NCBI RefSeq assembly: GCF_009914755.1
Contig: NC_060932.1
DNA: 64,000 nt
Reading direction: 5' to 3' (one strand)
Source of the DNA: the human T2T-CHM13v2.0 reference genome, Homo sapiens
Shown: positions 13,001-26,364 of the stretch, one piece after another
Layout: the number at the start of each line of letters is the position of its first letter
How positions within the stretch are numbered: the stretch's first letter is position 1
Position numbers and translations under genes: made by a program
The notes under the pieces: generated by a model
What the model was told of the DNA's origin: nothing
What the model saw: the letters and a program-made list of their open reading frames with translations, nothing else
Databases searched by the model: none

Positions 13001-13688
13001 ACACAGAGGGAAGAAAATAATCAAATTGAGGTTAATATTGTATCAGATCAAATGCCAGCACAGAGCACAGGCAGTGAACACACTCTCTCCTGCCTCATTT
13101 TTAGGGGCACAAACTGGGACATAATGACATTAGCCTTTGTGGTTTCACCCATCAAGGGACAACTATCAGTGGTATGTATCCACGTGAGTCAGGGCCATGT
13201 TCAGACTTGTGCTTAACAGATAAGTTTGCTAGTGGCCTTGAGTCTACAGCAGTCTAAGTCTGGATACAGATCTCTAAAAACCATGAACTATGAAGAAACT
13301 AGAATGCATTGGGTTTAGATACTTACAGTGAAGGTAGATTTTGATATATTCGCTTTCAGCTGACTTTTAATGTAATGATAAGTCAAGGAAAGCATTGTCA
13401 ACCTTAGATGAATTCCTATTCTAGGAGGTGCTGGGTTGACAAAGGGAAGGAATCTTAGTACCCCTGAGAACTCTTCATTATGATTTCCCCAGTCATTGAC
13501 CTTGGCATTAGGAGGTCTTTTAATAATGTTGATGCTTAGCTTGACTAGGCCATGCCAAGAGTATGATGGGGACTGGATATTCCAGGCTGAACCAGTAAGA
13601 GCTATCCTGAGAGCAGAGTAACTTAGCCCTAAGATTAATCCAGAGCTAAATTTAAAAGCAGTGAGCTCTAAGACATGGTAGTAAGTAA

Positions 13689-14007
<319 letters not shown>

Positions 14008-14532
14008 TAAGGTCAAAGTCAGGTGTCACTAAAAGAGTAGATAGAGATGAAGAAAGGAAGGCACTAAAAACCTATAGAATTCTTTTCTGTGACAATTTGC
14101 AACCTCATGCAGGGCCCAGAGTGTGGCCCAGAACAAGGTTATAAGGAATCAAGTGCCTTGATCATATATCTCAACTTTTTGCTAATATTACTAGGCCCCC
14201 TGTCTATCAAATTACTCTTCCTCTGTTTCTCATGACCAGTATGTTCGCACATGGAAAAGAACATGAACAATCATTACTCCCACATGTTTTCAATATTTTC
14301 TTATCAGAGTCAGATTCAAAGATGCATCAGGACCCATTGTGGCCTTTCTTGGAAGTTCTCTAATTTAGAACAAAGAAATTTAAGACCTAAAAGTAGCGAA
14401 AGAGTGAAAAGTGCAGTGATTTGAAGAGTATTCAAAAGTTGCTCATAAAGATGAAAAAAAATACAAGCATACCCACATGCATGAAGGCAAGAAATTTCTA
14501 ATCACAAAGCATTAAAATAAGGGAAGCATCTA

Positions 14533-14769
14533 GAATTGAACAATGAGAACACAAGGACACAGGAAGGGGAATATCACACACCGGGGCCTGTTGTGGGGTG
14601 GGGGGAGGGGGGAGAGATAGCATTAGAAGATATACCTAATGTAAATGACGAGTTAATGAGTGGAGCACACCAGCATGGCACAAGTATACATATGTAACAA
14701 ACCTGCACGTTGTGCACATGTACCCTAGAACTTAAAGTATAATAAAAATATATATATATATTAAAAAAA
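14533..14769 (+). mobile_element. Young L1PA (PA3-5-like) 3' UTR, 5'-truncated
   Basis: gaattgaacaatgagaacac...G-rich tract...accctagaacttaaagtataataaaa. Confidence 0.95.
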
Positions 14770-16067
14770 CAAACGGCAATCTCATACACTCTTTAAAGTT
14801 TAGTCACAACAAAGTATGATTTTTAGAATCAACATATTGGAGAACTTGTAATTTCATGACTAATATTTTAGAAGCTATTTAAAATTATTTTCATTTCTAC
14901 TGTTTCTGCTTTTGAAGGATATTCCTTATATTAAAAACAAACAAACACATGAGAAACTCCAAAGCAACAACAACCTACCTGAACTGCTTAAAAGAAATGG
15001 CCAAGATGTGTTAGTTAGAGATTAAACTCATCAGATAATTATAATGATTTGTAATGTCCTTCATTTTGTACATCATTCTCAGACTGCTAGAATTTCACAT
15101 GAATTACTAGCAAATTTTTAGTCACAGTTTATGTTCATTATTTGGAATATTTTTCTCTCTGGATTGGCACAATTTGGTAGCTAAATATAATAAACATCTG
15201 TTTACTGGGTTGAGAGTAAATAATATTAAACATCTGATTAACAGATGGATAGTTTGCTTTATGTGCTGAAAGATTTTTTTGTAATGGCAGTTCTAGGAAA
15301 GATAAAGAAGCAATTTAAGATCTGAATTTCATTTATCGTAATAGATAAGGTACAGGAATACTTAACATTGTGTAACATAAGATATTCAGATTAAATCTGA
15401 CTTTTCATATATATTTGAAAAACGAACTTGTGTAGATTGCATTTATGAGACATTTATTTTGAATACATGTGGTTTTCCACCAAATCTTCATCAATTGTTC
15501 CTTTTCCTAGAGAGAGTGTCAGGGAAAGGTTTCAGATGGCCATCTGGTTAGTGTCAGACAATACTCATTCCAATAAGTACATTATGGAATTCAAAGCCAA
15601 GGAGTGTTTTTCCCCAAGTGATTTTTTAACTCCATGTTTTGATCCTCCATTGTCATTTGACTTTTTAGCAGCATTTTCTGGGCTCTTTTTCCTGTATAAT
15701 TAATGAGACTCAGGTACTTCCTCTTTGTTAATTTAGGCTTAACACGTCTCCCATTTGCAATAATTTCTTTTACGATATAGGATAAAGAATTACACACTGC
15801 TTCCACAATATGTGCTAGGACATTTGAAGGTAAACATTCCTATATTTATTATGACAAAGCTTTTGAATTTTATAACCATAAATTCAGACAACCTACAACC
15901 TCCCACAGTTTCTTCTTAATGTTTGACTGTGAATGAATTCTAGCCTAAAGCAAGGTTTTAAAATCTATCTAACAATTGCAACCAAATTACTGTAATCATG
16001 TTGAAATGTTCTTGTAGTTCACTCATTATTAATCAAATTTTCATAAATTCTCTTCCATACCACATTA

Positions 16068-16459
16068 TGTGTCAGTCTGGCTTTCTTGAAAACTCACTGA
16101 GATAGAGGGATTTGTATGCAAAGGTTTCTAAGGCGATATATCTTTTCTTAAGGGGGGAAGGCAGGCCTGGGAACTGGGAAATGCTGACTCACAACATGGC
16201 TTGCAAAGGAAGCCAATACAGAGAGTTCCGGACTTAAGAAGGTCCTTTAGAGTTGCCTTGTGTCATTGGCTAGAGGCAAGCCTCTGGTGGGGATGAAAGG
16301 ATGGAAACTTGGGCACAGCAATGTCTTGCAAATAAGGGAAATTTCCAGTAAGGGACATAGCTGTCCTAGTAAGGGACATAGCCTTCAGCAGTTGGTATTC
16401 CCAGAAGCTGGAGGATGGGTACATGAGCCCTGGCAAGGAGATCATGGTGAGGCACCACA
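16068..16459 (-). mobile_element. LTR16-family (ERVL) solo LTR
   Basis: Reverse complement begins tgtggtgcctcaccatgatctcc...cccatcctccagcttctgggaat, similar to LTR16; internal 15-bp repeat agtaagggacatagc. Confidence 0.6.
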
Positions 16460-16699
16460 AGAAGCACATTTTTTGGTTAGAACTCTATTCTATAGAATGA
16501 ATCATTTAGGTAGGACTTGGAAAATAGGGTAGAAAGATATCACATACTAATCTTTTGTCATCAGGGTAATGTCTGCATTTGTCTACCTGTAAAGTAACTC
16601 TTGTTTTCTCCTCAAGGGTGTGTATGCATCAAATACAGCTTTCCAATAAAGGTAAGGCTTGTTAGGAGCAGAGACATGCTCAGCTTAACTCAGAAATCC

Positions 16700-17090
16700 T
16701 CCTTCCACTTCAATCTGTCCCCCTCTTCCTCCTAGGCACCTGACTGCCCAGTTAAGAGACAAAATTTCCCAGATGTCCTTGTGAATACATATGGTCCTGT
16801 GACTACGTTCTCACACTTGAGATGTGAGCAGAATTGATTGGGAAACTTTATTTTTTAAAAAATATGCCTGTCCTGGACTTATTTATCCCTTTTCTTTCTA
16901 CTGATTGGAATTACTAGAACAACTCTGGAAGTCTTACATTAAAATTAGCAAAGATGTCTCCACTCTGTGAAGTAAAACCCACCTGTCTGCCTTGCCCTTC
17001 ACATATGTTAGATAGAAATGTCTTTGTTTTGTAAGCAAATCTACTTGTTACTCTATTCAGTAAGGACATTTAATTTTTAAACTAATTAAA
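16700..17090 (+). mobile_element. Old MLT1 (J/K-like) LTR relic
   Basis: atttcccagatgtccttgtgaatacatatggtcctgtgactacgttctcacacttgagatgtgagcagaa. Confidence 0.5.
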
Positions 17091-17569
17091 ACAAAGATTA
17101 TTTTTAAAAAATAAAAGATATAGGGATATCCATGTAACATAGAAGCCCAAAAATGGAAAGGTCATTCATGATACACACAGCTCTAGAAACCAGATTATTG
17201 TGCTTTTTCTCAATGTAACATTTCCAACACTTCCTCCTTTAGTTTGGTGCTCACTGTAATGAAATGAATCCTTCTGTCTTGCTGGTAACTGACTTCTCTC
17301 TGCAATGCTATCAGGTTCATGACTTCTGCTCAGGCATACTTTCTCCTATCTTGTGGTTTTGGCTAAATGCCTACACTTTTTGTGCTTTTCAGCTTATAGG
17401 ACCCTAAAGAAACTACTGACTCTCTCACATTTCAACTTTTTAAGAGGGAAAAAAAAATCTGATTGCTTCTCATCATATTTGCTATCCCTATTGAGCAGAG
17501 CACTTATTCTAGACTACCTGACAGGCTTCAGGCTAGTCTAGAATCAGGCTGCCCTTGGGGTAAGTAATA

Positions 17570-18034
17570 GAGAGTTTTCCCAATTTTGGCTGCCCTCCTT
17601 CTGAACTTCCTTCCTATTTGTTTATACTTTCCATTACATGTGGTTTTGGTAGCAGCCACAGGAAACAAAAAATTTCTCCTTTCTGTTTCTTAATGAATAG
17701 GCACATGACCGGGGCTCTAAAAAACAGGTGTTACCACCTGGTATTCCAACCAGAAGTGACAAAAATTCTTGGGGTCATTTAGAGATGATTCGCAATGGTG
17801 TTTCAGTGTGGCCCAGAGACCCATAGCTGGAGCAGTGGTGTCTTAAATAGACTGTTCCTAAGACATGCTGTAAGCAGTGTTCTCTGCTGCCCCTACACTC
17901 CTTTTTTGGGGGAATGGTTTTCCAAGCTTCCCGTAAATCCTATGAGCTTTCCAATTATCTGCTCCCTCCAAAATATCTTTTCTTATAAGTTAACAATTTA
18001 TCTGACTTGCACCCGAGATCCCAATTGTGATGCA
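17570..18034 (+). mobile_element. LTR33-like old LTR relic
   Basis: 3' end aaatatcttttcttataagttaac...acttgcacccgagatcccaattgtgatgca resembles the LTR33 terminus. Confidence 0.35.
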
Positions 18035-18289
18035 TATTGGTACCCACTCTTTATCTGATCAGCTGTGGCCAGCTTGGTTAACCATGTGATCAACTTTCCT
18101 CAGAAATAGCTGTATGAGTGAGGCAGGAAACCAGAGGATATTAGAGAACATTAATCCGAAACTACAAAAAGATTAAAAAAAAAAAAACAGAGAAAAAGGT
18201 CTTTTTGCATGCACTAGTTTACTCTCTATAAACAAAAAAGCAAAGGTGCAATGACTTTGAGGGATAATGAATTTATTCTGTTATCACGG

Positions 18290-18653
18290 TGTATTAGTCC
18301 ATTTTCATACTGCTATGAAGAAATACTCGAGACTGGGTAATTTACAAAGAAAAAGAGGTTTAGGGGACTCACAGTTCCACATGGCTGGGGAGGCCTCACA
18401 AGCATGGTGGAAGGCAATGGATGACCAAAGACACGTCTTACATGGTAGCAGGCAAGAGAACTTATGCAGAGGAACTGCCCTTTATGAAACCATCAGATCT
18501 CGTGAGACTTATTCACGATCATGAGAACGGGAGGGGAGAAACCTGCCCCCGTGATTCAATTACCTCCCACCAGTTCCCTAGCACGACACGTGGGGATTAT
18601 GGGAGCTACAATTCAAGATGAGATTTGGGTGGGGACACAGCCAAACCTTTCTC
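18290..18653 (-). mobile_element. THE1C-like MaLR solo LTR
   Basis: tgtattagtccattttcatactgctatgaagaaatac...gagatttgggtggggacacagccaaacc. Confidence 0.95.
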
Positions 18654-20298
18654 TTAGTGGAGCATAAAGTCCAGGCCAGGAAAGAAAAGCTGACCTCTCC
18701 CCTCCCTTCTGCTTACACTCATCGGCTCTTCCCACTATTCTCTGGTGCCTGCCTAGATGCAAGCACGGCTAAACTCCAGCCATTGCTTCAACCCTAAAAT
18801 GGTGTTCAGAAATCCATTGTTTGAAAAAGCCACATTAATGTGCTTTAGTATTATTCTTCACAGTTTTTATGACCTATAATATATCAAGTCTTTTTAAATA
18901 CTATCTCAATTAGAAGCACTAAATCCATTCTCTGGAAAATAAACATAGTTAGCTAAAATATTCTGCCTTTTAAAATAAGCCTGATGGCAATTTAAAAACA
19001 TCCTCATCTTCCTGAGAATCACTGCTGTAAAACTCCAGAGCTCTAATGTAGGCAAGTGATGGATATAGCTCTTTTTAAAAGCCTTAGATGAATGACATGG
19101 AGTCTGAGAAGAATTTTAATGATTGCCCTTCTGAGTCTTGATATTATACAAGGTAATTGACCTAATATCATACTGATCCATCAAGATTTCCCTTTTTTCC
19201 CCCTTTATAAATCCTTTTATCTTTCTCTCTTAAGTTTTAGAACAGTACTTCACTGAGCAAAGAAAAATATATCCATATTCATGATAATGTAAGCACTATT
19301 GATTCACTTTTCAAGATCAACCTGTAAACACATAGATTTGCTTATGGTTACAAAACTCAATATAACAGTGCTCACAATTGTGCAATAAAAGTACAACTGG
19401 CAAAATTTGAGACCTGGAAATGGGAATGAAAGAAGAGATGAAGATAAAGGCAATGCAATAATAAACTGTATCAAAGGATACTGAGGAAAGTTGACAATAT
19501 AAGAAGTAGAGATTTAACTTTATCGAAGTTACTAAAGTTACTGAAGAAGAAACGAAACAATAGTGGGGGAAGACAGAGTAAAATATTGCAAGTAAACAAA
19601 ATCCTCATGTGTTACTGATGAACAATACCTGGAGTAGATCAATCTAAATTTGTTTTTACTTTTTATCTCAATATGACTTGAGATATATCAGTAATAGATA
19701 CTGATATATAGATATTCTGCTAATTGTCTAAATGCTTCCATTAAGATAATAGTCTATAATATTTTATTGTGCTTTGCTGCACCACACCTACCTTAAAATA
19801 AAAGAAACTCATTTTACTATTTACAGTACTTCTTTTTGTACCTTATTTTTTCAGTTTCTTTTTGCTTCTTTTCTTTTTATGCTGTTTTACTGCCTGTTGT
19901 GCCTCCAGCAAGCACATTGATAAGAAATAAATTACACTTACCCTGGAGTCTAGGGTGGCTGAGAGCCAGCCAGGCCCTAGAGAGCTACTGAAGTCCTAGT
20001 GGGCCTTGCTTTGCTTTCTGTTTTTTGTTTTTTTCTGCCATGATGGTGCCTTCAAGGACAATTGAAGTGCAGATAATCCTTTCACAGCCATCTTTGTTTT
20101 CAAATGCATACAGCAGTTCTGTGTTTTCTTTTTGCCTCTGGCCCTGTTTGTGACTATTCTGACTTGTCCTCATTCTCTCATTGCCATTTCTAAAAGCTAT
20201 CACTACTGCGCCTTAAACTCTACCTCTTTTTTTTTTCATTCTCTTATCTCTCCTGACTCTCCTCTTTCTTTTCACAGTTTTATTGTAAGAAGGCTGAT

Positions 20299-20395
20299 GA
20301 TATATATGCATGTGAACATATATGTATATGTATTTATATATGCATGTATGTATGTATACACACATAAACATATGCCCACATTCTCTTATATACAC
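20299..20395. repeat. Degenerate (TA/TG/CA) low-complexity tract
   Basis: atatatatgcatgtgaacatatatgtatatgtatttatatatgcatgtatgtatgtatacacacat. Confidence 0.7.
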
Positions 20396-20660
20396 CAAAT
20401 GCAATACCCATCTCTAAATACTATCCCTAATTTTGTCATTTTCAGCTTTGTAACAGTATTGCTAGATAATAACGGTGGATTTCCTTATTCCCAGAGACAT
20501 TGGACTGAAGTTCTCAAAACTATTACCAATTTTTGAACCTCAGTGAATGTTAGGTTGCAGGTTCAAAAAAGTTGGAGAGTAAATTCATAAAGGGAGGGTC
20601 ACTTTTTTCCACTCGAAGAAAGAATTAAGTATGTTTACTATGTAATGTACAAATTTGTGA

Positions 20661-20978
<318 letters not shown>

Positions 20979-22389
20979 TAAAGAGATATCAGATTAGAAA
21001 TCTATGATAAAGTGAGATCAGGACAAAAAAATGTAAGCTGATACATCTGGCAAAGAAAAGTTGTGGATATAGATATTTCATGAAAGGGCGAAACTTAGCA
21101 AAATTTTTAAAATGGGCTTTAAATGTAGTCATTTGACGAAATGTGTTGAGTAGTTCTAATGTCAACTGTCAATGAAGAATGCTGAAACCAAGATACAATG
21201 TATAGTTATGGACACCACATTGCAAAATATTGCTTTTTCTGATAATATGTAATAGTTGACATTATACAGTAATATCATAGAGATGAGCTAATTGTCATCT
21301 GAATGATTTCAGTGATGATTTGAAGTTGTGTACTTCTGGAAGGCAGAATTTGTTTAACTCACTCTGGGATGCTTAGCCTTTTGAGTGCGTGACTTAGATA
21401 CTTCATAATGGTTTTAAAATAATGACTATGTCTAATATTAGAGATGCTGCCTTTATTATGATAGCAGAAATATCCACTAGAATGTTTCTTTAACTGGGGA
21501 TAAAACTCAATCATTTCTCATTGTGGCTTTAAGGGTCTTCAAAACCAAACAGTGCCACTTTAATGGACCTGAAGAAAAGCAACAAGTACAGGCAAGGAAA
21601 TAAATGGAGAGAATCTTTTGAGAGAAAAAAAGAGCAAATGTGGAAATCATTTACTTGAAAGCAAATACTGAATGCTTCATCGGTATGAGAGGAGAATGAA
21701 ACTTAAAGGGAATCTGACATGTGAGAAGAGAGTCCTTGGTCCCCCACAGCAGGGGATGTGGCACTGTGAGACAGTGTCCAAGCAGACACCAAGTGCCCCA
21801 TCAGACCATCATGTTTTCAAACCCAGCAAGTGTGTTTAATGTTTCCACACCACCGCTTCCTTATTTACACACAGAAAGATGGCTTCTGTAGCTTCTTCGG
21901 CAGGAGTTTTGAAAGTTAATTAATTTTCATAGAGTGACTACATATTAGATCTCTAAACACTCCCTGAATAGCGCTCCCTTGACAGCTCCTCATGGCCTCC
22001 AAAAAAGAGCAAATTCATAAATATTCTTCTTTATTTTAACCTATCATCTTCATTCTCTGCTTTTTTCAAGAAATGGTTCACCTTTGCTTATTTCCTGAAG
22101 CTTTTCCTACCAAACTCTATCGCAAAATGAGCCTTGAATGCCATCAAAATGTGAGATCTATGAATTGTGCCAAATTATCACATTCGCCTATATAGTGTCT
22201 TGGATGAGGCTATCATTGTTTGTATAAATGCATCCTGCTTCCCCAGCTAGATAATAAGTCTCTTGGATGGAATAGAAGCGCACTACATTTTGTATATTCT
22301 TGAGCTACCACAATTCAAAAAAATGCTAGGCATTCCACAGGGCCTGTGATAGACAATCTACTATCTCATGGATGTATCTGATCCATCTC

Positions 22390-22500
22390 CATTGACTGCT
22401 ATGTGTTTTTCAGTATATCCAACACCTAGAACTGGACCCAACACCTAAAACACTTCCTACCGTATTATAATTTCAACATATTTGTTGAAAGAATGAATGA
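22390..22500 (+). mobile_element. L2 3' terminus
   Basis: ttcaacatatttgttgaaagaatgaatga. Confidence 0.6.
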
Positions 22501-23589
22501 TGTATACTTTCAAATGTTTATATTATTTTAAGAAGAATGCATGTTTGTTTAATATGAAAAGTCTCCTTTCTCCTTGCCTGCTCACCTTACCCTTTCTAGG
22601 CAGATCTTAAGAATCTTTCTAAAAGAGAATGCATTCTACATTTTACCTTTCTGAGCCAGGGGTTTTTTTGTTTGTTTGTTTTTGTTTTTTTCAGTTCTCA
22701 ATTCAGATTTAATTTTGTGGTGGGATTTGGACATGATTCTTTTAGCTCTTGCCCTAAGTACTTCAGCACTCTGGACTAAAACATGTAGGATAATAAGTAC
22801 GATTTCACTTTATATATTCTTTGTTTTTCTGCTGAAATGATCTAATACCATTTCTTTGTAGGACACAGCTCACAAGCCTTTGCTATGACACACTTAGTTA
22901 GCATCCTACCTTTATACATAAAAACTTTTAGAACCCCTCAGGAGAGCCTAGAAAAGGTGCAATACTAAATCAGAGTTGGCACAGCCTTGAAATAGTTTTC
23001 CCTATATTAGTTTCTAAAATTTTAACTAGCTTAGAAAATATCTGATTTCTCAAACTTTCCTCTGACATGAAGACAATATCAGTGGAGAGAAATAAATTCG
23101 TACTACAAACACTCATACGTTCATTGTCCTTTACCTTCTATTGTGACATTTAAGTGTCCTGTATAATTTAGAAAGGTGTGATTCGATTGGTGACTCCTTT
23201 TCATCCTGCTGGTAATTAGACTCTGGGATATCCATTTACCTCTCTTGATCTTAAGTAAATATTGTGGTTGCATACCAGAGACTGTTTTGAGTGCATTTAG
23301 CCTAGTACCTATTGTGAGGACGTAAAGTTAAACCCACTTTGCAGCAATTATGAAATTTTAGTGATTAATTTCTGCTGTTGGATTGGCAAGATTTGTTCAA
23401 ATAAGGTGTAAATTGTCCAGAACAAATAGACTTCAGACAGACATGGTTTATGTGGCAATCTGATAGTCCAGAGGGAAAAGTGATGAAATAAATTTGACAT
23501 TGTAGTATTCACTAAATTCTTGATTCATATGTCCAGCCAGTGCAGGCAGAATGCAGCTGATGATTTTAAGGAGATAGAAAACTAGTTCA

Positions 23590-23713
23590 TCCTACCAGCA
23601 ACAGAGGCCCAGAAAAAGAAGTAGGTTGCCCAAGGCCAGACAGCAGAGATTGGAAGAGCCATTGACGACTGCACTCCTGATCTCTAGTACATCATTCTTT
23701 CTCCTCCTCACCA
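23590..23713 (-). mobile_element. MIR fragment
   Basis: acagaggcccagaaaaagaagtaggttgcccaaggccagacagc. Confidence 0.6.
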
Positions 23714-24369
23714 GGCCACATCCTTCCAAGGAAAAGTGAATGTGCTCATTTCCATGCTACTGAAAGCCTGTCATTCCTCAGCACTCATCCCCATCATCAC
23801 CTCCATCTCCTTGATCAACAGCACGTAATTTGTCCTCATCCCCTACTGTTTAACCGATATGATCTCATGAAAATCCACTACAACTCAAGGCCAGGAGAAT
23901 TCAGGCTCTGGCTTTCAGCCTCTTGCCCAGTGTAACCATTAGTGGCGTTCCCACACCAAGGGCTAATGTTGATTACATTACTACTAAAATGTTCCCAAAT
24001 GGGATGAATCAGAAGTGGGATAACCTCGACATGAGAATTTGCCTCCTGTTCTCGGAAGAAACACTGTCATTGTCATTGTCCATATTTTTAATTCAATAAA
24101 CACCCATTGAATATTAAATGTATGCCAGATCCTATTCTAGTGAAACCCAAATATTTTAGGGCCTCACAAGCCTGAAGCCACAACTAAGGACATGCTACTA
24201 TGGTAGCTCACACAGTGTACACAGTAATGACTTCCAGACAGACACTGGCCCTGATTCCTGGTTTTCCTGCCCCTTAGTTCTGCAAAACAGGATCCAGGAG
24301 AACCAGCCATACCACAGCGCACTGCAGTCGGCTCAGGCACCACTCCTCACTTGTGTTGCTGTCTCCCTT

Positions 24370-24680
24370 CTCTATCAATCGGATTGCGACACTCTCCCAT
24401 TTAGAAAGCCTCCAGTGACTTCCATCACATTTAAGAGGATTCTCAACTCTTTGTTGTGGCCTCCAAGGCCCTAGAAGCTGACCCCTACCCTCCAGTCTGA
24501 CATTTATCATAGCCCCTTGCCTGCTCGGCCTGGCAGCAAGTGCCTCTTTCCCTTCATTCACAGGCAGGGCACTGTACCTACCCTCCTCCACCTAGTACAT
24601 TGTTCCCCCAGAAATTCCTTCTTCTGAGTGAATCCCTATGATCTCTGCCCAATTACACAGTCTAAAGAAGCTGCCTGATG
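24370..24680 (+). mobile_element. L2 body fragment, host of the nested insertions; continues at about 25500-25535 and 26706-26855
   Basis: ttagaaagcctccagtgacttccatcacatttaagagg...tggcctccaaggcccta is a typical L2 segment. Confidence 0.65.
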
Positions 24681-24681
24681 C

Positions 24682-24754
24682 TCTCTGGTGGTTTAGTGGC
24701 TAGGATTCACCTCTCTCACTGCTGCAGCCCAGGGTTCCATTCCCTGGGAGTCAG
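24682..24754 (+). pseudogene. tRNA-Glu(CTC) pseudogene / retrocopy
   Basis: tctctggtggtttagtggctaggattcacctctctcactgctgcagcccagggttccattccctgg aligns to human tRNA-Glu TCCCTGGTGGTCTAGTGGYTAGGATTCGGCGCTCTCACCGCCGCGGCCCGGGTTCGATTCCCGG; all CpGs lost, B-box mutated, 3' acceptor strand missing. Confidence 0.9.
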
Positions 24755-25160
24755 ATGGGTATAAAGTTTCAGTTACGGACTTCAAGATCTGCTTGGTTAA
24801 CACAGCAAGACCCCATCTCTACAAAACAGAAATTAAAAAGAAATTAGCTGGGTGTGGTGGTGCAAATCTGTAGTATTGGCTCTTCAAGAGACTGAGGCCA
24901 GAGGGTCACTTAGCCCAGGAGTTCAAGAATGCAGTGAGCTATTATTGTGCCAGTGCACTCCAGCCTGGGTGACAGAGCAAGACACCATTTTAAAAAAGGA
25001 AAAAAAGTTCCAGTTATGAAAAATGAATAAGTTCCAGAAATCTGTCATACAACATTGTGCTTATAAATAACAATACTGTATTATACACTTAAAAAGTTGT
25101 TAAGCTGATAGATTTCAACGTATGTGTTCTTACAACAATAAAATAGAAAAAAGGAAAAAT
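24755..25160 (+). mobile_element. L1MA10/L1MB1-like 3' end (about 165 bp of L1), interrupted by AluJ
   Basis: atgggtataaagtttcagtta | tgaaaaatgaataagttccagaaatctgtcatacaacattgtgc...gttcttacaacaataaaata plus A-rich tail. Confidence 0.85.
24777..25003 (+). mobile_element. 5'-truncated AluJ
   Basis: Alu linker and right arm with J features (agcccaggagttcaag..tgcagtgagcta); TSD aaagtttcagtta 24763-24775 / aaagttccagtta 25004-25016. Confidence 0.9.
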
Positions 25161-25162
25161 AA

Positions 25163-25498
<336 letters not shown>

Positions 25499-25623
25499 CC
25501 ATTATTTTATTTCGTTCATCACATCTACCACTCTCTATTAGAGTACTCTCTAAGAGAAATATAATGCGAAACGCAGAGGTAATTATACAATTTTTAGTAG
25601 TCACCTTTTAAAAAGTTAAAAGA

Positions 25624-25919
25624 GGCGGGGCACGGTGGCTCACGCCTGTAATCCCAGCACTTGGGAGGCCGAGGCAGGTGGATCATGAGGTCAGGAGATC
25701 GAGACCATCCTGGCTAACAAGGTGAAACCCTGTCTCTACTAAAAATAAAAAAAATTAGCTGGGCGCGGTGGCGGGCGCCTGTAGTCCCATCTACTCGGGA
25801 GGCTGAGGCAGGAGAATGGCTTCAACCTGGGAGGCAGAGCTTGCAGTGAGCTGAGATCGTGTCACTGCACTCCAGCCTGGGCGACAGAGCGAGACTCTGT
25901 TTCAAAAAAAAAAAAAAAA
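25624..25919 (+). mobile_element. AluY
   Basis: Full dimer with gagatcgagaccatcctggctaac, gagaatggc, gagcttgcag; A16 tail. Confidence 0.95.
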
Positions 25920-26021
25920 GAAACAGCTGAAATTAATTTTAATAGCCTATTGTATTTAACCCAATATATTAAGAAATATACATATATACGTATATATGTG
26001 TGTATGCATATATATGTAGAT

Positions 26022-26072
<51 letters not shown>
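26022..26072 (+). repeat. (GATA)12 tetranucleotide STR
   Basis: 12 perfect GATA units plus GAT, preceded by a TA/TG tract, at the tail of the adjacent AluJ. Confidence 0.97.
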
Positions 26073-26364
26073 TTTTTTTGGAGACAGGGTCCACTCTGTT
26101 TCCCAGGATGGAGTGCAGTGGTGTGATCATGGCTCACTGCAGCCTTATTGATGTCCTGGGCTCAAGCAATCCTCCTGCCTCAGCTCCCCAAGTAGCTGAG
26201 ACTGTAGACACTAGCCACCACACCCAGCTAATATTTGTACTTTTTGTAGAAATGGCATTTCACCATGTTGCCCAGGCTGGTCTTGAACTCCTGAGCTCCA
26301 GAGATCTGCCCACCTCTGCCTTCCAAAGTGCTAGGATTACAGGCTTGAGCCACCGCGCCTGGCC
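26072..26364 (-). mobile_element. AluJ (Jb-like)
   Basis: gatcatggctcactgcagcc...ctgggctcaagcaatcctcc...ccaccgcgcctggcc. Confidence 0.92.

Noticed and set aside
18375-18400. PRDM9 hotspot motif in the THE1 LTRs
   Set aside because: This copy reads CCTCCCCAGCCAT and the other CCTCCTAAGCCAT; neither matches CCNCCNTNNCCNC
21030-21330. Possible L3/CR1 relic
   Set aside because: Resemblance too faint to support without a profile-HMM search
24682-24754. Functional tRNA-Glu gene
   Set aside because: Anticodon stem and B-box are mutated (GGTTCCATTCC), the 3' acceptor strand is missing and there is no oligo-T terminator
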